From positions 30,934 through 94,933 of the forward strand of contig JAUNEN010000001.1 of NCBI GenBank assembly GCA_030525525.1: a stretch of DNA of 64,000 nucleotides. Reading direction: 5' to 3'. The stretch's first letter is position 1; the number at the start of each line of letters is the position of its first letter. The position numbers and the translations under genes are program-made. The notes below the pieces were generated by a model. The model had not been told where the DNA came from, did not search any database, and saw nothing but the letters and a program-made list of their open reading frames with translations. The DNA comes from Erysipelotrichaceae bacterium. Lineage in GTDB: Bacteria; Bacillota_I; Bacilli_A; Erysipelotrichales; Erysipelotrichaceae. Positions 17,869-26,613 of this stretch are shown in pieces.

Positions 17869-19687
17869 AAGCTGTTCCGTATTGATTGACGACCATTTCT
17901 TCATACTGTCTTGTATAAAGATCGTAGTAAATTCCTTTTCTGCGCATCAGTTCTTTATGCCTGCCGCGCTCGACAATCTTTCCGTCTTCGACAACCAGAA
18001 TCACATCGGCATCGACAATCGTCGAAAGACGATGGGCAATGACGAAGGATGTTCTTCCTTTGATGACGGTCGCAATTGCATCCTGGATTGCCTTCTCGGT
18101 CAGTGTATCAATCGAAGCCGTTGCTTCATCAAGAACGAGAATTCTCGGATCGGCAAGGATTGCTCTGGCAAATGAGAGCAGCTGCTTTTCGCCGGTGGAA
18201 AGCAGATCGCCGCCTTCGCCGACTTCACTGTCGAGTCCCTGATCCATTTTCGCCAGAACCCCTTCAGCACTGACAAGCTTCAGAGCTTCCATGATCTCTT
18301 CATCGGTTGCGTCCGGTTTGCCGTATCTCAGATTGTCGCGCACCGTTCCCGAAAACAGATGCGGTGTCTGCAATACATAGCCGATATTGGAATGCAGCCA
18401 GAGCTGCGAACGTTCCTTCGCATCCCGGCCGTCGATCAGTACCTGTCCTTTTGTCGGTTCAAAGAAGCGGCATACCAGATTGACAAGAGTTGATTTGCCG
18501 GCACCGGTTTCACCGACAATTGCCACATTGGTTCCTTTGGGCACCTTCAGATTGAAGTTTTCCAGAACCATTTCATTGCCGTCAGGATACATGAAGCTGA
18601 CATCTCTGAATTCCACGTCACCTTCAAGCTTTTCCCAGTTTTCTTTTTTCGGTTCAAATGTATCGCCGTATTTTTCAATGACTTCCTTCGAGTCAGCCAC
18701 ATCGCTTTCGGTTTCCATGAGCTTTGTAAAGCGCTCAATGTTGACCTGAATTGCAATGAGTGCGGCGATTGTTTCGATGATGAACTGAATCGGTTCCATC
18801 ATATTCATGGCATATGTCATGAATACAGACAATGTACCGATCAGCATAACACCCTCTTTTGTCAGGGTTCCGCCCTTCCATAAGACAAGCGCAAGAGCTG
18901 CACTTCCCAGCATTGTCATCACAGCCGAGAAGGAAGCTGAATATCTTGTTGCGTGGACGGATGTTCTTCTCATTTCAGATGTGTCTTTTTTGAAATCGGA
19001 ACCGATCACATCTTCAATGACGAGTGTCTTGATTGATTTGACGCCGGTGATTCCTTCATTGAAGTCGCCGGTGATCTTTGAATTGATTTCACGGATTTTC
19101 CGGTTCAGTGTGACCAGTCTTTTCTGGAAGAAACTGATTAACAGCACAGCTGCCGGTACAAGAAGAAGCACATAGACGGCTAAGCGTGCATTGATGATCA
19201 GCATATTTGCCAGTATGAAGATCAGATAGGATCCGTTCCAGACAATATCCATCATCCGCCAGGCAACCAGCTCACCGATCTTGCCGGTGTCGCTCATGAC
19301 TCTTGCATGAATATAGCCGACGTTATTCTGATTGAAATAGGCAAATGACAGCGTCTGCAGATGATTGAATGAGGCATCTCTCAGATCCCTGTCAACATCC
19401 ATCTCCGTCATGCCCGAGTAATACATCGTGATGTAGTTGAGTACGACCTGAACAATCAGAATGGCCATGAACAGCACTGCGAAAATCCCGATGGTATCCA
19501 GCGTTTCCTCAGCGATGAAGTGATCGATCGCATAGCGGGTAAACATCGGGAAAACCGAATCGATCAGACTGGCGACGATCCCCATTGTGATCATTGCCGC
19601 AATTCTGACTCTGTATTTCTTCACATAGGGAAGGATTTTCGGAATGCCGAAGAACGGGAGGTGTACATTTTTGTTTTCTTCACTCAT
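17867..19687 (-). CDS. Heterodimeric ABC exporter subunit (TMD+NBD, canonical Walker B)
   Basis: GETGAGKS, LSTGEKQ, ILVLDEAT, AHRLS. Confidence 0.9.
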   Translation of the reverse strand: MSEENKNVHLPFFGIPKILPYVKKYRVRIAAMITMGIVASLIDSVFPMFTRYAIDHFIAEETLDTIGIFAVLFMAILIVQVVLNYITMYYSGMTEMDVDRDLRDASFNHLQTLSFAYFNQNNVGYIHARVMSDTGKIGELVAWRMMDIVWNGSYLIFILANMLIINARLAVYVLLLVPAAVLLISFFQKRLVTLNRKIREINSKITGDFNEGITGVKSIKTLVIEDVIGSDFKKDTSEMRRTSVHATRYSASFSAVMTMLGSAALALVLWKGGTLTKEGVMLIGTLSVFMTYAMNMMEPIQFIIETIAALIAIQVNIERFTKLMETESDVADSKEVIEKYGDTFEPKKENWEKLEGDVEFRDVSFMYPDGNEMVLENFNLKVPKGTNVAIVGETGAGKSTLVNLVCRFFEPTKGQVLIDGRDAKERSQLWLHSNIGYVLQTPHLFSGTVRDNLRYGKPDATDEEIMEALKLVSAEGVLAKMDQGLDSEVGEGGDLLSTGEKQLLSFARAILADPRILVLDEATASIDTLTEKAIQDAIATVIKGRTSFVIAHRLSTIVDADVILVVEDGKIVERGRHKELMRRKGIYYDLYTRQYEEMVVNQYGTA

Positions 19688-21513
19688 ATGTTCTCCTCCT
19701 GTGCCAGATTGCTCTGCTGCATCTGAAGCTCATGAATCTTTGCATAGATACCGCCCTTTTCAACCAGCTCCTCATGGGTTCCCGTTTCGGCAATTCTGCC
19801 CTTGTCCATGACGATGATCTGATCGGCATGCATGAGAGTCGTAATGCGGTGGGCAATCAGAATGACGGTAGTATCTTCGACATTTGCCCTGAGGGCAGCT
19901 CTGATTCTGGCGTCTGTTTCCGAGTCGACGGCAGAAAGCGAATCATCAAAGACCATGACAGGCGGCTTTGTGATCAGCATCTGGGCAATCGCAGTTCTTT
20001 GTTTCTGTCCGCCCGAAAGCGTAACGCCGCGCTCACCGACATAGGTCTCATAGCCGTCTTTGAATCTGTCGATCGAACCGCTTAACTGAGCGATTTCGGC
20101 AGCTCTGTGAACACGTTCAATCTCTTTGTCATCAGCTGCGATTGAAATGTTTTCCGCAAGTGTGCGTGAGAAGAGATATGGTTCCTGAAGAACCATGCCG
20201 ATGTTCCTGCGGATCCAGTCCGCTTTGATATCTTTGAGATCGGTATCGCCGATCAGGATTCTTCCGTTTCCTTCCTTCAGCGGATAGAGCCGGTCAAGCA
20301 GATACATCAGCGTGGACTTGCCGCTGCCGGTGGAACCGAGAATGCCGACCGTTGTGCCGGCTTTGATCGTAAAGCTGACATCATCGAGGATTTTTGCGCC
20401 GTCATCCGTATAGCTGAATGAGACATGATCGAATGTGATATCCTGTCTGAAATCAGGCTCGCACGCATTCGGTGCATCCTTTTCTTCTTCCGAATTCATA
20501 ATATAGCGCAGACGCTCTATTGAAATGCCTGCCTTGGAAAGATTGGCAATGACTCTGCCAAGCATTCTTACAGGCCATGTCAGCATCGCATTGTAAGTCA
20601 CAAATTCGATAAAGCTGCCGGCTGTGATTTCCCCATGCACAGCCAGGTAGGAACCTGCTGAAAGAACTGAGAGAAGCTGCACATAGGAGATGAAATCGCC
20701 CGATGTCCAGAAAGCACTCATCAGCTGCATCAGTCTGATCCACATGCCGGTATAATATGCATTCTGCTTTTCAAAACGCTCCCGTTCATATTTTTCTCTG
20801 CCGAAAGCACGGACAACACGTACACCGGTCAGATTTTCCTGTGCGATGGAGGAAAGCTTGCCCTCCTCGCTGTCAACGATTGCAAACTGAGAGCCGATCT
20901 TTTTGTGAAACCAGAATGAATAGGAAATAATAATCGGAATGAAGATGCCGGAAACGCACATCAGCTTTCCGGAGATTCTGAACATATAGGTGAGCGCCAT
21001 GGCAATCAGCACAAAGACTCTCAGCAGTGATGTCAGCTGTTCGCTTAAGAACATTTTGATCTGTTCAACATCGCTGGTGCATCTTTGGATGATATCACCG
21101 GTGTGATTGACCGAATGCCAGGCAAACGGCAGCCTTGTGATGTGATCAAACAGCGTGTCGCGCATATGCTTGACAAGTGTTTCAGCTCCGATTGAATTGA
21201 ACAGCCTGAACAGGAAACGGCATAAAGCCGAGCATAATGCGACAATGACCACTGCCATAGCCACCAGCCAGAGCTTTTCTCTCAATACACTCTGACCGCC
21301 CATCGCATTTTCAAATGCGGACAGATAAAACGGCAGCTTTGAAGGCTGATCCCCGATCAGAGAGTCAACCGTATAGCCGATGATTTTCGGATTGATCAGA
21401 TCGAGCAGCGAGACTGCACATGCGAAAAACACCGCCAGCGCAAACCATCGTGCCGATCCCTTTACAAAATAAAGCAGGAGACTTCCCTTTGTTTCAAATT
21501 TCTTCTTTTCCAT
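19684..21513 (-). CDS. Heterodimeric ABC exporter subunit (TMD+NBD, non-canonical Walker B)
   Basis: GSTGSGKS, LSGGQKQ, VMVFDDS; ATGA overlap with its partner. Confidence 0.9.
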   Translation of the reverse strand: MEKKKFETKGSLLLYFVKGSARWFALAVFFACAVSLLDLINPKIIGYTVDSLIGDQPSKLPFYLSAFENAMGGQSVLREKLWLVAMAVVIVALCSALCRFLFRLFNSIGAETLVKHMRDTLFDHITRLPFAWHSVNHTGDIIQRCTSDVEQIKMFLSEQLTSLLRVFVLIAMALTYMFRISGKLMCVSGIFIPIIISYSFWFHKKIGSQFAIVDSEEGKLSSIAQENLTGVRVVRAFGREKYERERFEKQNAYYTGMWIRLMQLMSAFWTSGDFISYVQLLSVLSAGSYLAVHGEITAGSFIEFVTYNAMLTWPVRMLGRVIANLSKAGISIERLRYIMNSEEEKDAPNACEPDFRQDITFDHVSFSYTDDGAKILDDVSFTIKAGTTVGILGSTGSGKSTLMYLLDRLYPLKEGNGRILIGDTDLKDIKADWIRRNIGMVLQEPYLFSRTLAENISIAADDKEIERVHRAAEIAQLSGSIDRFKDGYETYVGERGVTLSGGQKQRTAIAQMLITKPPVMVFDDSLSAVDSETDARIRAALRANVEDTTVILIAHRITTLMHADQIIVMDKGRIAETGTHEELVEKGGIYAKIHELQMQQSNLAQEENI

Positions 21514-21581
21514 AAGCGCAAGTGAAAGTATATACGATTCTTTCTTGAAATAAAAGAATATCGCACTCTTTCAATCCATAT

Positions 21582-21610
21582 GAAAGACGGGCGTTTCCGC
21601 CCGTCCTTTT
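21582..21610 (-). terminator. Terminator after the nucleoside kinase gene
   Basis: GACGGGCG-TTTC-CGCCCGTC hairpin. Confidence 0.7.
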
Positions 21611-21627
21611 CATGCATGTAAGCTGTA

Positions 21628-23292
21628 TTATCCGACAAGCACGCTGCCGCCGATGAATTCACGGAGCAGTGAATTGCACGGAATCGCCGATTCGTCATCA
21701 AGTGAAATGAAGAATTTCAGATACTGCAGATAGCGCTGCGCTTCCGGATATTCCGGCTGATCAGGTGTGATTTCCTTTAACAGCGGCTCAGCATATTTTT
21801 TCAGCACTGCAAGTTCATAGATGCAATGGCTGTTGAAGAAGGCATCCGCCTCGGAGTTGTACGGGAAGATGTTGTCATCTTCGCCATGCCGTACAGCCGG
21901 CCAGTCATGGATGGTCGTCGCGGCAGAACGTCCTCTGGTGCGGGCATCCCTGATCAGTCTTCTGAACAATCTTGCATCGGTTGTCGGAATGCGGTGGTGA
22001 ATGTCGATGTTGAGCTGGGTCAGCGGTGAAATGTAAATTCTGAATTTATCCTTCTCATCGATTCCTTCCGAAAGCTTCGGGTTAAGGGCGTGGATTCCTT
22101 CGATCACAATTAATTGATCGCTGCGGATCGATGTGATCCGCTTGCCGAAAACCTTGACGCCGTTCACAAAGTCAAACTCAGGCAGATCCACCTTCTCACC
22201 GTTTAAAAGTGCATTCATCTGTTCGGCAAACAATTTTGTATCAACAGCACTCAGGCTTTCAAAATCGCGGTTTCCGTTTTCATCGGTTTCCATATCTTCG
22301 CGGTTGATGAAATAATCATCCGTTCCAAGATACAGAGGATGGATGCCGATGACTCTTAACTGAATGCATAAACGCTTTGCAAAGGAAGTCTTGCCGGAAG
22401 AGGAAGGACCTGCAATCAGGATGATTCTCTTTCCGCTTTCATGAATCTTTTCGGCGATTTCGGCAATCTTCTTTTCATGAAGTGCTTCCGAAAGCAGGAT
22501 CAGATCACGTGCTTTTCCTTTTGCAATGCAGCGGTTGAGATCAGCTGCGTGATTGACACCGCATAAATGTTCCCAATGGGTTTCTTCCGAGAATGCTTCA
22601 TAGAGAATCCTCTGTTCTTCATAAACCGGAACGGAGGAAGGATCTCTGTGATGCGGGAACCGCAGCAGCACACCGCTTCTGTAGCGGCGGATTTCAAACC
22701 GCTTCAGATAGCCGCATGCCGGTACCAGATGCGTGTAGAAGAGAATCTTCTCATCATCAAGCGTGCATAAATAAGCTTCCGAAAGATCAGGTGCGCTTTC
22801 AAACAGCCGCAGAATATCATGCTGGTCTGTTTCTTTTAAGAACGAAAGGACTTCACGGCGGCTGAGATGTTCTTCTCTGATCTCTGCATTCATCCGTACA
22901 TATTCATTCATTTTTTCTTCAATGCGCGCACAGATTTCATCATTGATACCGGAATAATGAATGTTTGTGAAGAGACCTCTTGAGAGAGAATTGTTGATCG
23001 AAACTTTTGTTTTATCTCCAAGAATGTCATGAACCGCTTTGATATAAAGCAGAGTCAGAGATGCCTGATACAAGAGATTTGCATATGGATTTCTCTGATC
23101 GAGCAGTTCGAGCGTGCAGTCTTTGCTCAGGGGCAGATCGATTCTTTCATAAACATTGTCAATGCGGCAGGAAATGATGTCGTATTCCGGCTTCTCTTCA
23201 AGAGAAGCAGTGATCTTTTCAGCCGTGACGCCGGGTTCATATTCTTTTTCAAACTCTCTGCCTTCAGGCAGGATCACTCTGATTTTTATCAT
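21628..23292 (-). CDS. Nucleoside (uridine/phosphoribulokinase-family) kinase with N-terminal ThrRS/TGS-like region
   Basis: IAGPSSSGKT Walker A, LGTDDYF, VIEGIHALN, RRLIRD..TRG; ThrRS-like N-terminal half. Confidence 0.8.
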   Translation of the reverse strand: MIKIRVILPEGREFEKEYEPGVTAEKITASLEEKPEYDIISCRIDNVYERIDLPLSKDCTLELLDQRNPYANLLYQASLTLLYIKAVHDILGDKTKVSINNSLSRGLFTNIHYSGINDEICARIEEKMNEYVRMNAEIREEHLSRREVLSFLKETDQHDILRLFESAPDLSEAYLCTLDDEKILFYTHLVPACGYLKRFEIRRYRSGVLLRFPHHRDPSSVPVYEEQRILYEAFSEETHWEHLCGVNHAADLNRCIAKGKARDLILLSEALHEKKIAEIAEKIHESGKRIILIAGPSSSGKTSFAKRLCIQLRVIGIHPLYLGTDDYFINREDMETDENGNRDFESLSAVDTKLFAEQMNALLNGEKVDLPEFDFVNGVKVFGKRITSIRSDQLIVIEGIHALNPKLSEGIDEKDKFRIYISPLTQLNIDIHHRIPTTDARLFRRLIRDARTRGRSAATTIHDWPAVRHGEDDNIFPYNSEADAFFNSHCIYELAVLKKYAEPLLKEITPDQPEYPEAQRYLQYLKFFISLDDESAIPCNSLLREFIGGSVLVG

Positions 23293-25433
23293 TTCTTTTT
23301 CTTCTTTTTCTTTGCTTTGAATGTGGTATCGAATACGGTGGCCTCCGGGCGCTGCACGATTGCGGCGGGCGGCAGCGACTGCTTGCTTTCAGCGGTCATC
23401 TCCATCATTAATTCCTGTGCGGTTACAGGCACTTCGGCATCCGTAATCTTGTGATAGCGGCCGGTCGGGAAGAGAATCCTGACCTTTGTATTGTCCGCTT
23501 TGTAAAGATCGATGATTCTGTGAATCCTGGCGATGCATGCCTTGTCAAGAACCGGGCAGGCAATCTCAACTCTGCGTTCGGTATTTCTTGTCATGAAATC
23601 GGCTGATGCAATGTACATCTTTTCTTCATCGCCTTTGCCGAAGATGTAGATTCTGGAATGTTCAAGATATCTGCCGACAATCTGACGGATTTCAATGTTT
23701 TCCGTCTTGTCCTTAACGCCCGGCACAATGCAGCAGATGCCTCTGACCAACAGTTCAACCTTTACCCCTGCACAGGAAGCTTCCTTGAGCTTGACGATGA
23801 TCTCTTCATCGGTGATTGAATTGACCTTGGCAAAGATATAGCCGTTTTCACCTTTGGCAATTTCCTGATCCATCAGATCAAGGATTGTGCTCTTGAGGGA
23901 AACCGGAGCGACAAGCAATGATGAATATTCGCCGTCAAGCTTGCCGATCGCCATGTTCTGAAAGAATGCAATCGCATCATCAATGATTTCCTTGCGGGAA
24001 GTCAGATAGGAAAGATCAGTATAAAGCCTGGCTGTATTCTCATTGAAGTTTCCGGTTGAAAGAAGAGCGACATGGCTTGTATTGCCCTTTTCAACCTTTG
24101 TGATCAGACAGATTTTCGAATGGACTTTGTATTTTTCAAAACCGTAGATGACGTTGCAGCCGGCATCTTCCAGCCGTTCGGAATAGTCAATGTTGTTCTG
24201 CTCGTCAAATCTGGCTTTCAGTTCAATCAGAACATCCACTTCCTTGCCGTTTTCTGCCGCAAGACAAAGATAATCAACAAGACGTGCATGGCTCGCCAGG
24301 CGGTAGATGGTGATCTTGATTGAAACGACATTCGGATCGGCTGCCGACTCTTTCAGAAGCTGCAGGAAAGGCTCCATTGATTCATACGGATAGGAAAGAA
24401 GAACATCTTTCTTCTGAATCTGCGGGAACAGCTTCCTGGAATAATTGAGGGATGCGGAAAGCTTCGGTTCATAGGACGGATATGTCATCGTCTTTTTCAT
24501 ATCATCACTCAGAAGTGACGGCAGAGAATAGACATATTTCAGATTCATCGGAACACTGCATACAAACACTTCACGATTCGTGATACCCAGATTGCTCTGC
24601 AGATATTTTTTCAGATGGTCGCTTGGCTTTTTCGAGAATGTCAGCATTGTCACATTCATCTTGCGGCGCTCTTTGAGCACTCTCAGCATCTTTTTGCGGT
24701 AATCAAGAATATCGGCAAAGACTTCGTCATCCGCATCGACATAGGCGGAGCGGGCAACCGTGATTTTGAGAATTTCAGAGATCTCTGCATCCGGGAAGAT
24801 TTCCGATGCATATGACATGATCATGTCTTCCGTATGAACAAAGCGGACTCTGTTTTTATGCGGCAGTGAAATGATGGCAGGCAGTGTTTTGGGAACGGGC
24901 ACAAAAGCAAAGACTGATTTCTTTGCATATTTCAATACAGCCGCAATGTAGATCATTCCGACCTGCAGATTCGGGAACGGATGATGAATATCGACAATCT
25001 GCGGAGCAAGCAGAGGCGATACTTCCCTGCGGAAATACTTTCTGAGATATTTCGCCTCATTTTTCTCAAGGTCCTCCATTCCGATATCTTCAATTCCGGC
25101 TCTGAACATTTTTCTGCGCAGATCGGCATAGATTTCATCGCGCTTCTTCAGACCTCTTTTGGCGGCCGGATAGATGGCGTTGAGCTGTCCCTTGGGTGAA
25201 AGGCCTGATTTGTTGTCGACCTTGGTGACAGATGCCTTGTTCATATCATAAAGAGAGCCGACTCTCACCATGAAGAATTCAGTCAGATTGGATGTGTAGA
25301 TCTCAACAAATTTGAGACGCTCGATATAAGGAACCGTCTTGTCCTTTGCTTCATTGAGACAGCGGTTGTCAAAATGAAGCCATGAAAGTTCACGGTTCTG
25401 TGTATACCCTTCTTTGTAAAGTTCCTTGATCAT
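23289..25433 (-). CDS. ppk1: Polyphosphate kinase 1
   Basis: NRELSWLHF, SNLTEFFMVRV, HHPFP, YPYESM, ELKARFDEQNNI, KVHSK, TGNFN, GRYLEHSR, SADFMTRN. Confidence 0.95.
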   Translation of the reverse strand: MIKELYKEGYTQNRELSWLHFDNRCLNEAKDKTVPYIERLKFVEIYTSNLTEFFMVRVGSLYDMNKASVTKVDNKSGLSPKGQLNAIYPAAKRGLKKRDEIYADLRRKMFRAGIEDIGMEDLEKNEAKYLRKYFRREVSPLLAPQIVDIHHPFPNLQVGMIYIAAVLKYAKKSVFAFVPVPKTLPAIISLPHKNRVRFVHTEDMIMSYASEIFPDAEISEILKITVARSAYVDADDEVFADILDYRKKMLRVLKERRKMNVTMLTFSKKPSDHLKKYLQSNLGITNREVFVCSVPMNLKYVYSLPSLLSDDMKKTMTYPSYEPKLSASLNYSRKLFPQIQKKDVLLSYPYESMEPFLQLLKESAADPNVVSIKITIYRLASHARLVDYLCLAAENGKEVDVLIELKARFDEQNNIDYSERLEDAGCNVIYGFEKYKVHSKICLITKVEKGNTSHVALLSTGNFNENTARLYTDLSYLTSRKEIIDDAIAFFQNMAIGKLDGEYSSLLVAPVSLKSTILDLMDQEIAKGENGYIFAKVNSITDEEIIVKLKEASCAGVKVELLVRGICCIVPGVKDKTENIEIRQIVGRYLEHSRIYIFGKGDEEKMYIASADFMTRNTERRVEIACPVLDKACIARIHRIIDLYKADNTKVRILFPTGRYHKITDAEVPVTAQELMMEMTAESKQSLPPAAIVQRPEATVFDTTFKAKKKKKKK

Positions 25434-25510
25434 AAATATTGTCCCCTTTATATGCCTGCTTTTTTATTATACCGTCTGATCCACCCGAAAGTTTCAGATC
25501 GAAAGCTTTT

Positions 25511-26530
25511 TTATTGTTTTTTGTTCAGAGCTCTGACCGCATCAAATTCAATTTTCGTGATGTGGCAGTAGCCGTTCGGATTCTTGTCGAGATAATTCTG
25601 ATGATACTCCTCGGCACTGAAGAAATTTTTCAGCGGTTCAAGTTCAACCGCAAATGTCGGATACTTCTTTTTCTCCTGTGCAAAGATGTCACTCAGCACT
25701 TTTTCGTCTGCCCCGTCTGTATAGTAAACGCCGGTCTGATATTGAGTGCCGATATCATTGCCCTGACGGTTTTTCACAGTCGGATCGATGCAGAGAAAAT
25801 ATGCTTTCATGATCGTTTCAAGACTGACGCATGCAGGATCATAGACAACCCTGACGGTTTCCCTGAAGCCGGTATTTCCCCGGCATACATCTTCATAGCG
25901 GGGATTGTTCAGTGTCCCGTTGGCATAGCCGGTCTCTGTTTCCTTCACGCCATCCAGCAGCTTGAATGCTTTTTCGCTTCCCCAGAAGCAGCCTGCCGCC
26001 AGATATATTTCCTTCATTCCTTCTTTCAGCATAGACCTCTCTTTCGCACCCGGATTTCTGTAATATGCAAATTTCAGGGTGCCTTTGCTTACCTCTTCAA
26101 TCTGTTCAAATCCATTATGTCTTAACAGAGCAAGCGAGTCTTCATTGTCTTTGGAACATCTGGCATAAACCGTTTCGATATCTTCATTTTGTATCAATTC
26201 ATGCACAAGCAGATAAACCGCTTCGGATGCATAACCTTTGTGCCTTTCAGACGGTATGATGCGATAGCCGATTTCAACCTGTTCATCCTGATGTCCATAG
26301 CATTCAATGATGCCCTTGAGCTGATGATCATGTGCCGAAACAATTCCAAGCATATATGTCTTTCGACTATTCCAGGATGCTTTGCTTTCAGCCAGAAAGC
26401 GGTTCACCGATGTTTCATCAAGCTCATAATCAAACAGCAGTGCAAGCTCTCTCTGATCATCTTCAGAAATTCTTCTCAATATGATTTTTTCAGATGCAAA
26501 ACAGGGAAACTCTTCATTGAACAGACTCAT
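25511..26530 (-). CDS. msrA: RimJ/RimL-type GNAT domain fused to peptide-methionine (S)-S-oxide reductase MsrA
   Basis: N-half: EIGYRI...KGYASEAV...N..S..LL...GF (GNAT). C-half: AGCFWG, GYANG, YEDVC, QGNDIGTQY, AEEYHQNYL, GYCHI (MsrA). One uninterrupted ORF. Confidence 0.85.
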   Translation of the reverse strand: MSLFNEEFPCFASEKIILRRISEDDQRELALLFDYELDETSVNRFLAESKASWNSRKTYMLGIVSAHDHQLKGIIECYGHQDEQVEIGYRIIPSERHKGYASEAVYLLVHELIQNEDIETVYARCSKDNEDSLALLRHNGFEQIEEVSKGTLKFAYYRNPGAKERSMLKEGMKEIYLAAGCFWGSEKAFKLLDGVKETETGYANGTLNNPRYEDVCRGNTGFRETVRVVYDPACVSLETIMKAYFLCIDPTVKNRQGNDIGTQYQTGVYYTDGADEKVLSDIFAQEKKKYPTFAVELEPLKNFFSAEEYHQNYLDKNPNGYCHITKIEFDAVRALNKKQ

Positions 26531-26561
26531 ATATCACTCCGTAACAAATTCATTATATATG

Positions 26562-26602
26562 AAAAACAGTCATGCATACATGAGAGCATACATGACTGTT
26601 TC
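26562..26602 (-). terminator. Terminator after tex
   Basis: AAACAGTCATG...CATGACTGTTT inverted repeat. Confidence 0.65.
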
Positions 26603-26613
26603 ATCAGAAATTC

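Noticed and set aside
17867-21513. Degenerate NBD motifs in the two ABC exporter pairs (also 56450-60013)
   Set aside because: Asymmetric sites are the established norm for TM287/288-type heterodimers; not decay and not novel.
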